Shown: positions 8,742-17,755 of the stretch, piece by piece
Layout: each line of letters opens with the position of its first letter
Position numbering within the stretch: the first letter of the stretch is position 1
Origin: Synechococcus sp.
GTDB taxonomy: Bacteria > Cyanobacteriota > Cyanobacteriia > Thermostichales > PCC-7336
Assembly: GCA_051439425.1 (NCBI GenBank)
Contig: JBFRWD010000158.1
Location: forward strand, 1-49,395
Length of the DNA stretch: 49,395 nt
Reading direction: 5' to 3'
The notes under the pieces: model-generated
What the model was told of the DNA's origin: nothing
The model's input: the letters and a program-made list of their open reading frames with translations, nothing else
The model's database searches: none
Made by a program: the position numbers and the translations under genes

Positions 8742-9590
8742 ATGAATTCCATTGCTAGCGTTGTCCGATTTAGCCGAACCTGCTGGGTGAGATGGGCGAT
8801 CGCCTGTTGCCTTGCATTGTTCCTATTTACAAACCAGCTAGCCACCCCAGCCTGGAGCGCAGTCCCGGCGGCACAGGATGCCGAAATGGAACAGTTGGCT
8901 ACCACAGCGATGGATGCCACCAATCAGTTTGATTTCGCTACGGCGCTGACGGCTTGGGATCGCATGTTGGAGTTAGAGCCGAACAATCCGGCGGTATTGA
9001 GCAATCGCGGTAATGCACTGGTAGGCCTGGGCCGCTTGAGCGATGCCGTTGATAGCTACGATCGGGCGATCGCGCTAGTACCCGACTATAGCGACACCTA
9101 CATCAATCGCGGAGCTGCTTACGAAGGATTGGGACAGTGGGACAACGCCATTGCCGACTATAACCGAGTGCTGGAACTAGAACCGGATGCCCCCGACGCC
9201 TACAACAATCGTGGCAATGCTGAAATGGGCAAACAAGACTGGAACGCCGCGATCGCTGATTTCCGCCAAGCGATCTCCATATTGCCCGACTATACGTTCG
9301 CACAAGCCAATTTAGGTCAAGCCCTCTATCAAGTAGGCAACACAGAAGAGGCAGTGAAAATTTGGGAATCTGCCAGTTCTTCTTACCCTGGTTTTGCTGA
9401 TGTCGATGCTGCGTTGACAGTTGCATACGCAGAAATGGGCAAAATCGATCGAGCGAAAGCGCAGTGGGGGCAAGCGGTACAGGCCGATGCTCGCTACCAA
9501 GATCTCGATTGGGTCACATCCGTTCGTCGTTGGTCGCCAGCTACTGTAGATGGGCTCGCACGGTTTCTTTCGCTGACCAATCGCTCTTGA
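8742..9590 (+). CDS. exported/membrane-anchored TPR repeat protein
   Basis: Hydrophobic N-terminal segment ending AWS-A; about 6 TPR units (e.g. AVLSNRGNALVGLGRLSDAVDSYDRAIALVP); C-terminal VRRW.P typical of cyanobacterial TPR proteins. Confidence 0.88.
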   Translation: MNSIASVVRFSRTCWVRWAIACCLALFLFTNQLATPAWSAVPAAQDAEMEQLATTAMDATNQFDFATALTAWDRMLELEPNNPAVLSNRGNALVGLGRLSDAVDSYDRAIALVPDYSDTYINRGAAYEGLGQWDNAIADYNRVLELEPDAPDAYNNRGNAEMGKQDWNAAIADFRQAISILPDYTFAQANLGQALYQVGNTEEAVKIWESASSSYPGFADVDAALTVAYAEMGKIDRAKAQWGQAVQADARYQDLDWVTSVRRWSPATVDGLARFLSLTNRS

Positions 9591-9603
9591 TGCCAGTTGT
9601 CAG

Positions 9604-10749
9604 ATGACTGTTTCTCGATCCATGGATGTCCATACCGATGTAATTCACACTCCAGGGCGGTCCCAAACTCCCGATCGGCGCCCTGTTGCTCTTGAAGTCA
9701 GCAATCTGAGTAAGAGCTATCGAACGGGATTTTGGCTCAACAAGGTCATTACTCCATTGCGCGACTGCACATTGTCGGTAGCTCAAGGAGAGACTTACGG
9801 TTTGTTGGGGCCGAACGGAGCCGGAAAAACCACTACGATTAAGTGCCTTTTGGGCATTATTCAGCCCAGCACCGGCAGCGGCACGCTACTCGGCAAACCG
9901 ATTGGCGATCCCAGAGTGAAAAGTCGGATTGGATATCTACCGGAAAACCCATATCTGTACGATTACCTAACGGGTTGGGAGTTTTTACAGTTTGCTGGAC
10001 GCCTATTTCAATTACCGGCGCGTCAATTAAAAGAACGGGCTGAAGAATTACTTGAAGAAGTTGGTCTACCTATGGATGCGGCGCGCAAGAAACAAATGCG
10101 CAAGTATTCCAAAGGTATGATGCAGCGGGTGGGGATGGCACAGGCGTTGATCAACGATCCTGACTTGGTCTTTTTGGACGAACCCATGTCCGGTCTAGAC
10201 CCCACTGGCCGAGCTCAGTTTCGCGAAATTATTCTCAAGCTTAAGCGCCAGGGCAAAACCATCTTTTTCAACAGCCATATCCTGTCTGATGTAGAAGCGA
10301 TTTGCGATCGTGTTGGCATTCTGGCCAGCGGTGAAATTGTGGCTCAAGGAACGTTAGATGAGTTACTCAGTCATAACAGCGGCTATCGCATCCGTGGTAT
10401 TGGAGGGGATGTGCGTCAACTCTCTGCTCGCATCGACCATTGGGAATTGCAGTCTCCAACTTCCGAGTCGCTAGAAACAGTTACGTGGTCTGGAGCATGG
10501 CAGGGTGAGCCCGAAGAATGTTTGGCCTTACTCAGACAGCACAATGCCCAACTGCTCGATATTCACCAGCACAATCAAACACTGGAAGAGTTCTTCCTCA
10601 GTCAAGTGCGGTCGAAATCTAAGACAACATCTGTAGAACGTACGATGACAGGGACGGATGTGTCTGCAGATAACTCCGCAGGAATCAATCCTATTGGGGA
10701 ACAAGCACCTTCTCGTTCAGTTAAGCAGTCAACGAGCAAGAAGAAATAA
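9604..10749 (+). CDS. ABC transporter ATP-binding protein (ABC-2 exporter type)
   Basis: Walker A GPNGAGKTT, signature YSKGMMQR, Walker B VFLDEP, H-loop NSH. Confidence 0.92.
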   Translation: MTVSRSMDVHTDVIHTPGRSQTPDRRPVALEVSNLSKSYRTGFWLNKVITPLRDCTLSVAQGETYGLLGPNGAGKTTTIKCLLGIIQPSTGSGTLLGKPIGDPRVKSRIGYLPENPYLYDYLTGWEFLQFAGRLFQLPARQLKERAEELLEEVGLPMDAARKKQMRKYSKGMMQRVGMAQALINDPDLVFLDEPMSGLDPTGRAQFREIILKLKRQGKTIFFNSHILSDVEAICDRVGILASGEIVAQGTLDELLSHNSGYRIRGIGGDVRQLSARIDHWELQSPTSESLETVTWSGAWQGEPEECLALLRQHNAQLLDIHQHNQTLEEFFLSQVRSKSKTTSVERTMTGTDVSADNSAGINPIGEQAPSRSVKQSTSKKK

Positions 10750-10782
10750 TGGCACTGTCAACTGTTGACGTAATGATGGAAC

Positions 10783-11796
10783 TTATGGAAGTTGGCTCGG
10801 GGAACGATCGTCAGCTTGGGGGATGGCTGCAGGGTACAAGCTGGCAGGAGTTTCGTAAATTCGCGATTCGTAAGGGGAAACCTTTTCAATTAGTTCGATG
10901 AAAAAATCATAGTTTGGTGGTTCGACATTTGGAATGTAGCCGGCTTCAGCCGCTAGATTGGGAGTCACATCTTCCATCGCTCGTTCGATATATTCCTGCA
11001 AATTCCGCTCGACAGAGGGGCCGACCAACACAACACCAACCGGTAAGCTGCGACTGGTATGCACGATGCGAAACTGAATGTCGGCAAACTCGGATTTGAG
11101 GCGATCGAATTCGTCTTTGGCTAACGCCCCTGCGGTTACCTCGCCAGACGCCACCGCCGCCAATGTATTTCTGGGCGTTGCATCCACCTGCACACTAGCG
11201 AGAGTGAGACCAAACAAATCGTACAGCGGTAGGTAATAGCCAGCGGCCGAACCTGGCTGCCCCAAGCTCAATGATTCTCCACTCAGATCGGAAATATCTT
11301 CAACGGAGCTATCATCTCGAACAACGATCGCCGACTTCACGCTATTACCGGTCGCTTGCAACGGGAACAGCGGAATGTATTGAGCCGTCGAGATCGCAGT
11401 TGCCGCTAACCCCGGAGGAGCAAACACCAACGACCATTTTTGAGACTGAATTTGCTCTAATGCTTTCACTTCGTTGAAGGCTGGCTCGATCTCGATGGTG
11501 GATTGCGTTTGTTGGGCTAAGTAATTCGCAAACGGTTCTAGGTTTTCTAGCGATACTGCACCGGTACCATAGGCAACGGTTCCAATCAGAATACGGTTTC
11601 GTTGAGCGGGTTGACTCGGCGAACAAGCAACGAGTGCACTGACGGCAACGATCGCTATGCTAGGACCCCCAATCACCCAACGGAAGAAACGAGATTTCCT
11701 GTATTTGGCAGGCAATCGAATGAGGGATGGCGAAGGTGAAGCAACTCGATCTACATCAGTGCGATCGAGGTAATCTCGCTGAGAGATAGTAGACAT
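10783..11796 (-). CDS. PhnD/phosphonate-type periplasmic binding lipoprotein
   Basis: Lipobox-like LVAC; SAIVVR.DS....DL.G..L.LG..GS.AGYY.P motif of the PhnD/SsuA fold; start uncertain (ATG 11796 chosen). Confidence 0.8.
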   Translation of the reverse strand: MSTISQRDYLDRTDVDRVASPSPSLIRLPAKYRKSRFFRWVIGGPSIAIVAVSALVACSPSQPAQRNRILIGTVAYGTGAVSLENLEPFANYLAQQTQSTIEIEPAFNEVKALEQIQSQKWSLVFAPPGLAATAISTAQYIPLFPLQATGNSVKSAIVVRDDSSVEDISDLSGESLSLGQPGSAAGYYLPLYDLFGLTLASVQVDATPRNTLAAVASGEVTAGALAKDEFDRLKSEFADIQFRIVHTSRSLPVGVVLVGPSVERNLQEYIERAMEDVTPNLAAEAGYIPNVEPPNYDFFIELIEKVSPYESRIYETPASLYPAAIPQADDRSPSQLP

Positions 11797-11873
11797 TCTT
11801 AACGGAGTTAGCGACAGCAGGATCTTAGTGATAAGTTGCATTAAAAGCCATTTCATCCTTCAATGCGAGACCC

Positions 11874-12782
11874 ATGTTCAAAAAGTTGAATATCGGTAAT
11901 AAGTTCAACATCTTACTTGCGATTGTTTTCATCGTGGGCCTGCTATCGGCTGGCTCAGGGTTTGCGGTCATTTTGAGTAGAAATGCAGAAAACCAAGTGG
12001 TTTCAAAAGCTGCAATATTGTTACAAACGATGGCTTCTGTCCGCGACTACACGAGCAAGCAAGTGAGACCCGAACTAGCGGATCGCTTGTTTTCAGAGAG
12101 AGAATTCTTGCCACAAACTGTGCCTGGCTACTCTGCCAGGGAAGTGTTTGAAGGATTGCGCAAGGATGCTCAGTACAATGAGTTTTTCTATAAAGAAGCA
12201 ACTCTCAATCCGACCAATTTGCGAGATAAAGCCGATCGATTTGAATCGGAAATTGTCGAACAATTCCGCCAATCCCCTAACCTGACCGAGCTGAGAGGGT
12301 ACCGGCCCTCACCTACCGGTCGTTTGTATTACATAGCTCGTCCCCTCAAAATCAACGAAGAAAGTTGCTTGCAGTGTCACAGCACTCCCGATGTGGCCCC
12401 GGCTAGTTTGATCGAAACCTATGGTGCTGACAATGGCTTTGGCTGGCAACTAAATGAAATTGTTGGGGCTCAAATGCTTTCGGTGCCTGCCAGTGGAATT
12501 GTCAACAGCGCGATGCGTTCCTTTGGCATTTTGATGGGAATCGTTGGCATTGTGTTTGCCCTGATTTTTATATTGACAAATATCTTTCTGCGCAAAGCAG
12601 TTGTTACGCCGATTGTTCGCATGGCAGATACTGCCGATCGCATCAGCAAAGGAGCGATGGATGTGGAGTTCTCTGCTACTTCTGGCGATGAGGTGGGGAC
12701 TCTTGCAGCAGCATTCAATCGCATGCGAGCAAGCCTGGTGGTTGCCATGAAAATGATCGAGCAACAGCAAAGGAATCAGTAA
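11874..12782 (+). CDS. DUF3365 (Tll0287-like) heme-c sensor with two TM helices and HAMP, no output domain
   Basis: TM1, periplasmic YKEATLNPTN.RD and CLQCH heme-binding motif, TM2, HAMP (P..RMA..A..IS.G...DEVG.LA.AFNRM), then stop. Confidence 0.85.
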   Translation: MFKKLNIGNKFNILLAIVFIVGLLSAGSGFAVILSRNAENQVVSKAAILLQTMASVRDYTSKQVRPELADRLFSEREFLPQTVPGYSAREVFEGLRKDAQYNEFFYKEATLNPTNLRDKADRFESEIVEQFRQSPNLTELRGYRPSPTGRLYYIARPLKINEESCLQCHSTPDVAPASLIETYGADNGFGWQLNEIVGAQMLSVPASGIVNSAMRSFGILMGIVGIVFALIFILTNIFLRKAVVTPIVRMADTADRISKGAMDVEFSATSGDEVGTLAAAFNRMRASLVVAMKMIEQQQRNQ

Positions 12783-13239
12783 GTCGTTCTCAAAGATCTT
12801 GCGGGTTCTGCGATTACCAGCTCATCACCGATCGCTGAATCTGCATTGGCCACCCCCGTCATCTTGCTGAACTTGATACGAAAAAATGATTTCCCCCGGA
12901 TAGATTCTTGGCATTATTTTGAGCTTCAAGCAAGACTAGACTCTAACAACTCTAGCCCGTTAATCGTTGCAGAGGGCTGCTTGCAGACAAATTCACCGAT
13001 CGGTTCTTTCATGCAGTTTGCTGAAGGGGCGTGGTTTCTTTTCCTTGTTGAGAAGGGTGGCAGTGGCCTAACTACCTGAAAGACGAAAAAGCACTGGCTC
13101 CAAATAGCTTCAAGGACACCAATACCATCGTTGAAATATTTTATACAGCAAGGAGCAAAACCCCTTTCTTCTCGAATTGTTGAGAATATGTAAAGATATT
13201 TGGGCAATGTAACCAAGGGGATGCTACGAGATGCTGCGC

Positions 13240-13440
13240 ATGAATATTTCTAACTCTACTAATGCATCTTGCTTGGTGATTACAGCCGACAATGAATATG
13301 ACTTGTCTGTAAAACGGCATCAATTAGAGCGACAGGGGTATGTTGTCAATCGGATTGGCAATTATTTGTACAACGTCCGTCACAGCACCGATCGGAGCCG
13401 GGCTCAATTGACCCTCAACATGCTGCGTCAGGCAGATTAA
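13240..13440 (+). CDS. small hypothetical protein (66-69 aa)
   Basis: ATG-started ORF with purine-rich leader (AAGGGG); plausible composition; no motif recognised. Confidence 0.4.
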   Translation: MNISNSTNASCLVITADNEYDLSVKRHQLERQGYVVNRIGNYLYNVRHSTDRSRAQLTLNMLRQAD

Positions 13441-13581
13441 GTTGCCCTGTTCTCAAACTCGAAAGCACTGTTAATACAGTCAATCTGCATTCGGTTATCC
13501 ACCTGCAGCTTTTGCTCGTTCGATTGTTAATCTAAGAACGAAAGCAGGATTTCTGCAAAAGTGAAAAATCAGGTTCTAGCC

Positions 13582-13815
13582 ATGAAAGTTCCGAACTGGA
13601 AGGCTAGCGGTCGGCAACAGGAAAAGGGCCGCAAGCGACATCGTCGCCGCCAACAAAAAGCCAAAGCGTTTAAGGCTTTGGTCAAAAAACTTCAAACCCC
13701 TCGGCAGTTGCCGGGGGCTTTTTGTACGACATCGCCTTTCATTTGTCTCGGTCAGCGCTCGTCGCTTCAGGTGACCGAATGCGAGACGGGGCTGCTCCAG
13801 TACTGGTTTTGCTAG
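13582..13815 (+). CDS. small basic protein with an internal terminator; candidate alternative ribosome-rescue factor
   Basis: MKVPNWKASGRQQEKGRKRHRRRQQKAKAFKALVKKL has 15 K/R in 37 aa; GC hairpin plus T5 at codons 39-47; hydrophobic/Cys-rich tail before TAG. Confidence 0.6.
   Translation: MKVPNWKASGRQQEKGRKRHRRRQQKAKAFKALVKKLQTPRQLPGAFCTTSPFICLGQRSSLQVTECETGLLQYWFC
13697..13723 (+). terminator. intrinsic terminator inside the 13582-13815 ORF
   Basis: CCCC(T)CGGC-AGTT-GCCGGGGG-C-TTTTT: 8 bp GC-rich stem, 4 nt loop, U-tract. Confidence 0.7.
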
Positions 13816-14032
13816 CAGGTTCATATAGCGATCGGCAATCCACTAAGTATGGAGAATTCCCTAACTACTTTTCTTTGCGGATCGAGTGTTTTCGCAGTCT
13901 CAACCCTCCAGACTATACAGCGGATTGCTATATTCTGCATCACATCGCAGCGAAGGGTAGGATTGTAATCCTGTTTTGCGCGGCTATCGTGCCAAATTGA
14001 CGAACGTTTCACCACTCAACCCACACTCCCCC

Positions 14033-15391
14033 ATGGAATGGACCCAAGGCCTCGCTGTTAATTTGACTATCTCGTCGCTGACCAATCGAGGAGATGGCAT
14101 CGGACATGTGGATGGACGAGCTGTATTCGTACCCGATACCGTGCCAGGGGATGAAATTTTAGCCAAGCTGGTGCGGGTCAAATCAACTCATGCGTTTGCA
14201 ACTCTCAAGCGGGTATTGACCCCTTCTGGCGATCGCATTCGGCCCGCCTGTATCCTGGCTCAAAAATGCGGTGGTTGTCAGTGGCAACCGGTGGGTTACG
14301 CAGCTCAACTGAAAGCTAAAGAGCAGTTGGTGGTCGATGCTCTTACCCGCCTCGGGCATCTGGAGCTACCTCAGGCTGCTCCTATCCTGGCTGCACCGGC
14401 TGCATTGCATTACCGCAATAAAGTGACGTATCCGATCGCCCGAGGAACTACTCAGCCTCTGAAGGTGGGGTATTTTCGCAAGGGCAGTCACAAATTGGTG
14501 AATGTCAATCAATGTCCCGTTCAGGATGAGCGACTTGATTCAGTCTTGCAGACTGTCAAGCAAGATTTGCAGTCCACCGATTGGCCAGCTTATAACGAAC
14601 GCAATCAAAAAGGAGAGTTGCGCCACCTCGGCTTACGAATCGGACGCCGCACGGGTCAATTGCTCATTACTTTGGTGTCCAAAACCGATCGCCTACCCGG
14701 TTTGGACATTCTGGCCAAAACGTGGATGCAAACCATCCCCGATCTGCAGGGGGTGTGTCTCAATCTCAATCCCAAACGCACCAACGCTATTTTTGGACAA
14801 GAAACGCTGTTGGTTGTCGGAACGCACGAGTTGGTAGAAGACTTTGCCGGATTGACGATCGCGATCGACAGCACGTCATTTTTTCAGGTGTATACAGAGC
14901 AGGCGGAGCGTTTGCTGGAATGGATGCGCGCTCAGCTAAAACTGAAAGGGAATGAAACGCTGATCGATGCCTATTGCGGGATTGGGACGCTGACTCTGCC
15001 GCTGGCGAAAGGGGTGAAACAGGCGATTGGGATTGAAGTGGTGCCGAATGCAGTGCAGCAGGCGAATCGGAATGCCAAGCTCAATGACATCGACAATGTG
15101 GCGTTTGTGGAAGGCACGGTAGAGGAAATGCTGTCGTCGTTACCGTCTGCTGATGTCGTGCTGCTCGATCCGCCCCGCAAGGGATGTGATCGCTCGGTGT
15201 TGGATATTTTGTTGCAGCGAACCCCAGCAACCATTGTTTACGTCAGCTGCAATCCAGCCACTTTGGCCCGCGATTTGGATGTGTTGGTTAACAGTGGCCC
15301 CTATTCATTGGACACCTACCAACCGGCCGACTTCTTTCCTCAAACGGCTCATGTTGAGACCGCTGTAATTTTGCGCCTTTCCAAGCAATAG
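14033..15391 (+). CDS. rlmD: 23S rRNA m5U1939 methyltransferase RlmD
   Basis: N-terminal TRAM domain, C.....CGGCQWQ Fe-S motif, SFFQV, DAYCGIG, LDPPRKG, YVSCNPATLARD, DFFPQT.HVE. Confidence 0.95.
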   Translation: MEWTQGLAVNLTISSLTNRGDGIGHVDGRAVFVPDTVPGDEILAKLVRVKSTHAFATLKRVLTPSGDRIRPACILAQKCGGCQWQPVGYAAQLKAKEQLVVDALTRLGHLELPQAAPILAAPAALHYRNKVTYPIARGTTQPLKVGYFRKGSHKLVNVNQCPVQDERLDSVLQTVKQDLQSTDWPAYNERNQKGELRHLGLRIGRRTGQLLITLVSKTDRLPGLDILAKTWMQTIPDLQGVCLNLNPKRTNAIFGQETLLVVGTHELVEDFAGLTIAIDSTSFFQVYTEQAERLLEWMRAQLKLKGNETLIDAYCGIGTLTLPLAKGVKQAIGIEVVPNAVQQANRNAKLNDIDNVAFVEGTVEEMLSSLPSADVVLLDPPRKGCDRSVLDILLQRTPATIVYVSCNPATLARDLDVLVNSGPYSLDTYQPADFFPQTAHVETAVILRLSKQ

Positions 15392-15640
15392 GCTGGATTC
15401 TTCGACATGCTGTGAAATGCGCAGAAAGTGCCCGTTTCCCGATCCACAATTGCTTAGCCCTCTAAGGATTCTGTCACCCCTCATCGGAGGATGAGACCGA
15501 GCAGAGAGCGAGGAAGTCAGCACTCTTGAATACCGCTATGCGCTAATTCTGCTTGTCAGTCGGTTGATGTCGTGACTGCGAGGGATAATTAAAATGGGAA
15601 TAATCGAACTGCAAGCCTCCGAACTATATATACGGCCAGC

Positions 15641-16195
15641 ATGTATTCGTCCAATTCGTCTAAGTCTAATCTCACGGCAACCCGGCCCATCCAATATCGC
15701 AATAAAGCCACTGCCTACGCGCTGTGGCTGTTGGCTCTGTGCGGACTGAATGGAGCCCATCGGTTTTATTTGGGCAAAAATGTCACGGGCGGATTGTGGT
15801 TTGTTACGGCTGGCTGGTTGTATATCGGCCAATTCATCGATCTGTTTCTCATTCCTGGCATGGTGAATGACTATAACCTGCGCCAGGAAGCTCTGCTCGC
15901 CAGAGGAGACTTGCAACCCAGTCACGCTTACGTACCTCCAGAACCAGCGAAGGGACCTTTGAAAGGACAGCCGTTGATGCGCCGTCTGATCAAATTGGCA
16001 GCACGTCGGCGTGGGGTGTTGTCGGTTACGACGGCGATCGCTGAAATTGAAGAAGCGGATTTTGACGATATCGAACAGGCGTTTCTGGAACTGGAGCGCA
16101 GAGGATATGCAATGTCAGAAAATGACTTGATCACGGGGGCGATTATGTACCGCTTCCTACAATTAGAGGCCGAGTCTACGAATGAAGATTATTAG
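15641..16195 (+). CDS. TM2 (NINE) domain membrane protein
   Basis: AY.LWLL...GL.GAHRFYLGK...G.LW..T.G...IGQ.IDLFLIP.MV TM2 signature plus a C-terminal winged-helix-like region. Confidence 0.88.
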   Translation: MYSSNSSKSNLTATRPIQYRNKATAYALWLLALCGLNGAHRFYLGKNVTGGLWFVTAGWLYIGQFIDLFLIPGMVNDYNLRQEALLARGDLQPSHAYVPPEPAKGPLKGQPLMRRLIKLAARRRGVLSVTTAIAEIEEADFDDIEQAFLELERRGYAMSENDLITGAIMYRFLQLEAESTNEDY

Positions 16196-16327
16196 CCTAG
16201 GCTCGAGCGTTGGCGATCGGTTGCCCCATAGCGGCGAATGCTGCATCGATTTCCAACTGTGCAGTAGTCCCGCCATCGAATCTTTATTGGTTGGGCATAC
16301 TGTCTGTGCTAACGTTATGAGTGCTTT

Positions 16328-16400
16328 GCTGGTGTAGCTCAGTTGGTAGAGCAGCTGATTTGTAATCAGCCGGTCGCAGGTTCAAGTCCTGTCACCAGCT
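16328..16400 (+). tRNA. trnT: tRNA-Thr(TGT)
   Basis: GCTGGTG/CACCAGC acceptor stem, anticodon arm GCTGA-TTTGTAA-TCAGC, T-loop GGTTCAAGTCC. Confidence 0.97.
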
Positions 16401-16425
16401 TTCAGCCCTATTGATACTTCTGTAC

Positions 16426-16454
16426 GCTCCAGCCCTCAGAGGCTGGAGCTTTAT
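16426..16454 (+). terminator. hairpin terminator between convergent tRNA-Thr and asd
   Basis: GCTCCAGCC-CTCAGA-GGCTGGAGC perfect 9 bp stem followed by TTTAT. Confidence 0.75.
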
Positions 16455-16465
16455 AGAACTTGACA

Positions 16466-17509
16466 CTAGGCAATCTCTGCGAGCTGGGGAACGCGAACTA
16501 AATCTTGTTCGATCAACAGTTCACCGATTTGAACGGCATTTAACGCTGCTCCTTTGCGTATTTGGTCACCGCACAGCCATAGGTCGAGGCAGTTGGGGTG
16601 AGAAATATCCTGACGAATGCGACCCACCGCCACATCATCCTTGCCGCTGACATCCACCGGCATGGGGAAGCGGTTCGCCTGCCAATCATCAATCAGAGTG
16701 GCACCTGGAGCGTTGGCAACAATGTGCTTGGCTTCTTCCATATCAAAGGGGCGTTCGAATTCGATGTTGACAGCTTCGGCATGAGCACGCAGTACCGGAA
16801 CTCGAACGCAAGTGGCTGTCAATCGCAAGTCGGGGATGTGCATCATCTTGCGAGCTTCGTTGACCATCTTCATTTCTTCTTGGCAATACCCTGCATCATC
16901 TAAGGGGGTGTTGTGAAGGAAGAGGTTGAAGGCGATTTGATAGGGGAAAGATTGGGGATTGGCATCTTTTCCAGCTAATAAATCTGCCGCTTGAGATTCC
17001 AGCTCTTCCATCGCCCGAGCACCAGCACCGCTGGCGGACTGGTAGGTAGAAACAACGATGCGTTTGATGGGATTGACTTTGTGAAGGGGGTAAACGGCCA
17101 CGCACATCAAAATTGTGGTGCAGTTGGGGTTCGCGATTAGTCCCTTGTGGTTGCGGGCGTCTTCGGGATTGACCTCCGGGATAACTAGCGGAGTATCGAG
17201 GTCCATGCGGAAGGCGCTGGAGTTGTCGATGATGACCGCTCCACTATCAATAATGGTTTGGGCCCACTGCTTGGAGGTGCTGCCACCTGCAGAGGCAAAT
17301 ACAATGTCCAGCCCTTTGAATGCGTCGGGATTGACCGCTTCAACGGTGATGGGTTGTTCTTTGAAGTCAATGGTTTTGCCTGCAGAGCGCTCGGAGGCTA
17401 ATAGTTTGAGTTCGGAGATGGGAAAGTTCCGTTCGGTCAGCAGCTTAATTAGTTCTTCACCGACAGCGCCAGTTGCTCCTAAGATGCCGACTCGATACTC
17501 GCGACTCAT
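16466..17509 (-). CDS. asd: aspartate-semialdehyde dehydrogenase
   Basis: GATGAVG, IDNSSAFR, IANPNCTT, STYQSASGAG, TCVRVPV, GDQIRKGAALNAVQI; ATG 17509 with GAGG RBS. Confidence 0.97.
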   Translation of the reverse strand: MSREYRVGILGATGAVGEELIKLLTERNFPISELKLLASERSAGKTIDFKEQPITVEAVNPDAFKGLDIVFASAGGSTSKQWAQTIIDSGAVIIDNSSAFRMDLDTPLVIPEVNPEDARNHKGLIANPNCTTILMCVAVYPLHKVNPIKRIVVSTYQSASGAGARAMEELESQAADLLAGKDANPQSFPYQIAFNLFLHNTPLDDAGYCQEEMKMVNEARKMMHIPDLRLTATCVRVPVLRAHAEAVNIEFERPFDMEEAKHIVANAPGATLIDDWQANRFPMPVDVSGKDDVAVGRIRQDISHPNCLDLWLCGDQIRKGAALNAVQIGELLIEQDLVRVPQLAEIA

Positions 17510-17755
17510 GTGATTGCCCTCGTTTATCCCAATAGATTGCGGCTGTGTCAATACCTAAATTTGTCTCACAACGGTATCACGGATGACCTAAATCCGCTTG
17601 GAACTGATAGAAGTTGCAACGCTTTATTCTGCAGCTACCTGAATAAGGGAGAACGCGTCTTTTTTCTCCTCTAGATCGCTGATTTTTTGCAAGGTGACCA
17701 TAATGAAGAAACGTAATGAAAACACACGGCGCAAAACTTGGGTGGGAGAACGGTG

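Noticed and set aside
13187..13213. Two HLR1 half-sites upstream of the 13240 ORF
   Set aside because: They are spaced 19 bp apart rather than 10 bp.
13495..13503. DnaA-box-like TTATCCACC
   Set aside because: Single 8/9 match with no cluster of boxes and no origin-associated genes.
13594..13611. NWKASG resembling NWEASG in E. coli ArfA (recalled from memory)
   Set aside because: In ArfA that stretch is near the dispensable C-terminal part, whereas here it is N-terminal; treated as coincidence and not used as homology evidence.
17703..17716. ATGAAGAAACGT shared upstream of uvrB and the alpha/beta hydrolase (42840)
   Set aside because: At best a degenerate HLR1 with several mismatches; two copies of an AT-rich 12-mer are not enough. 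No cyanobacterial LexA box was seen before uvrB either.
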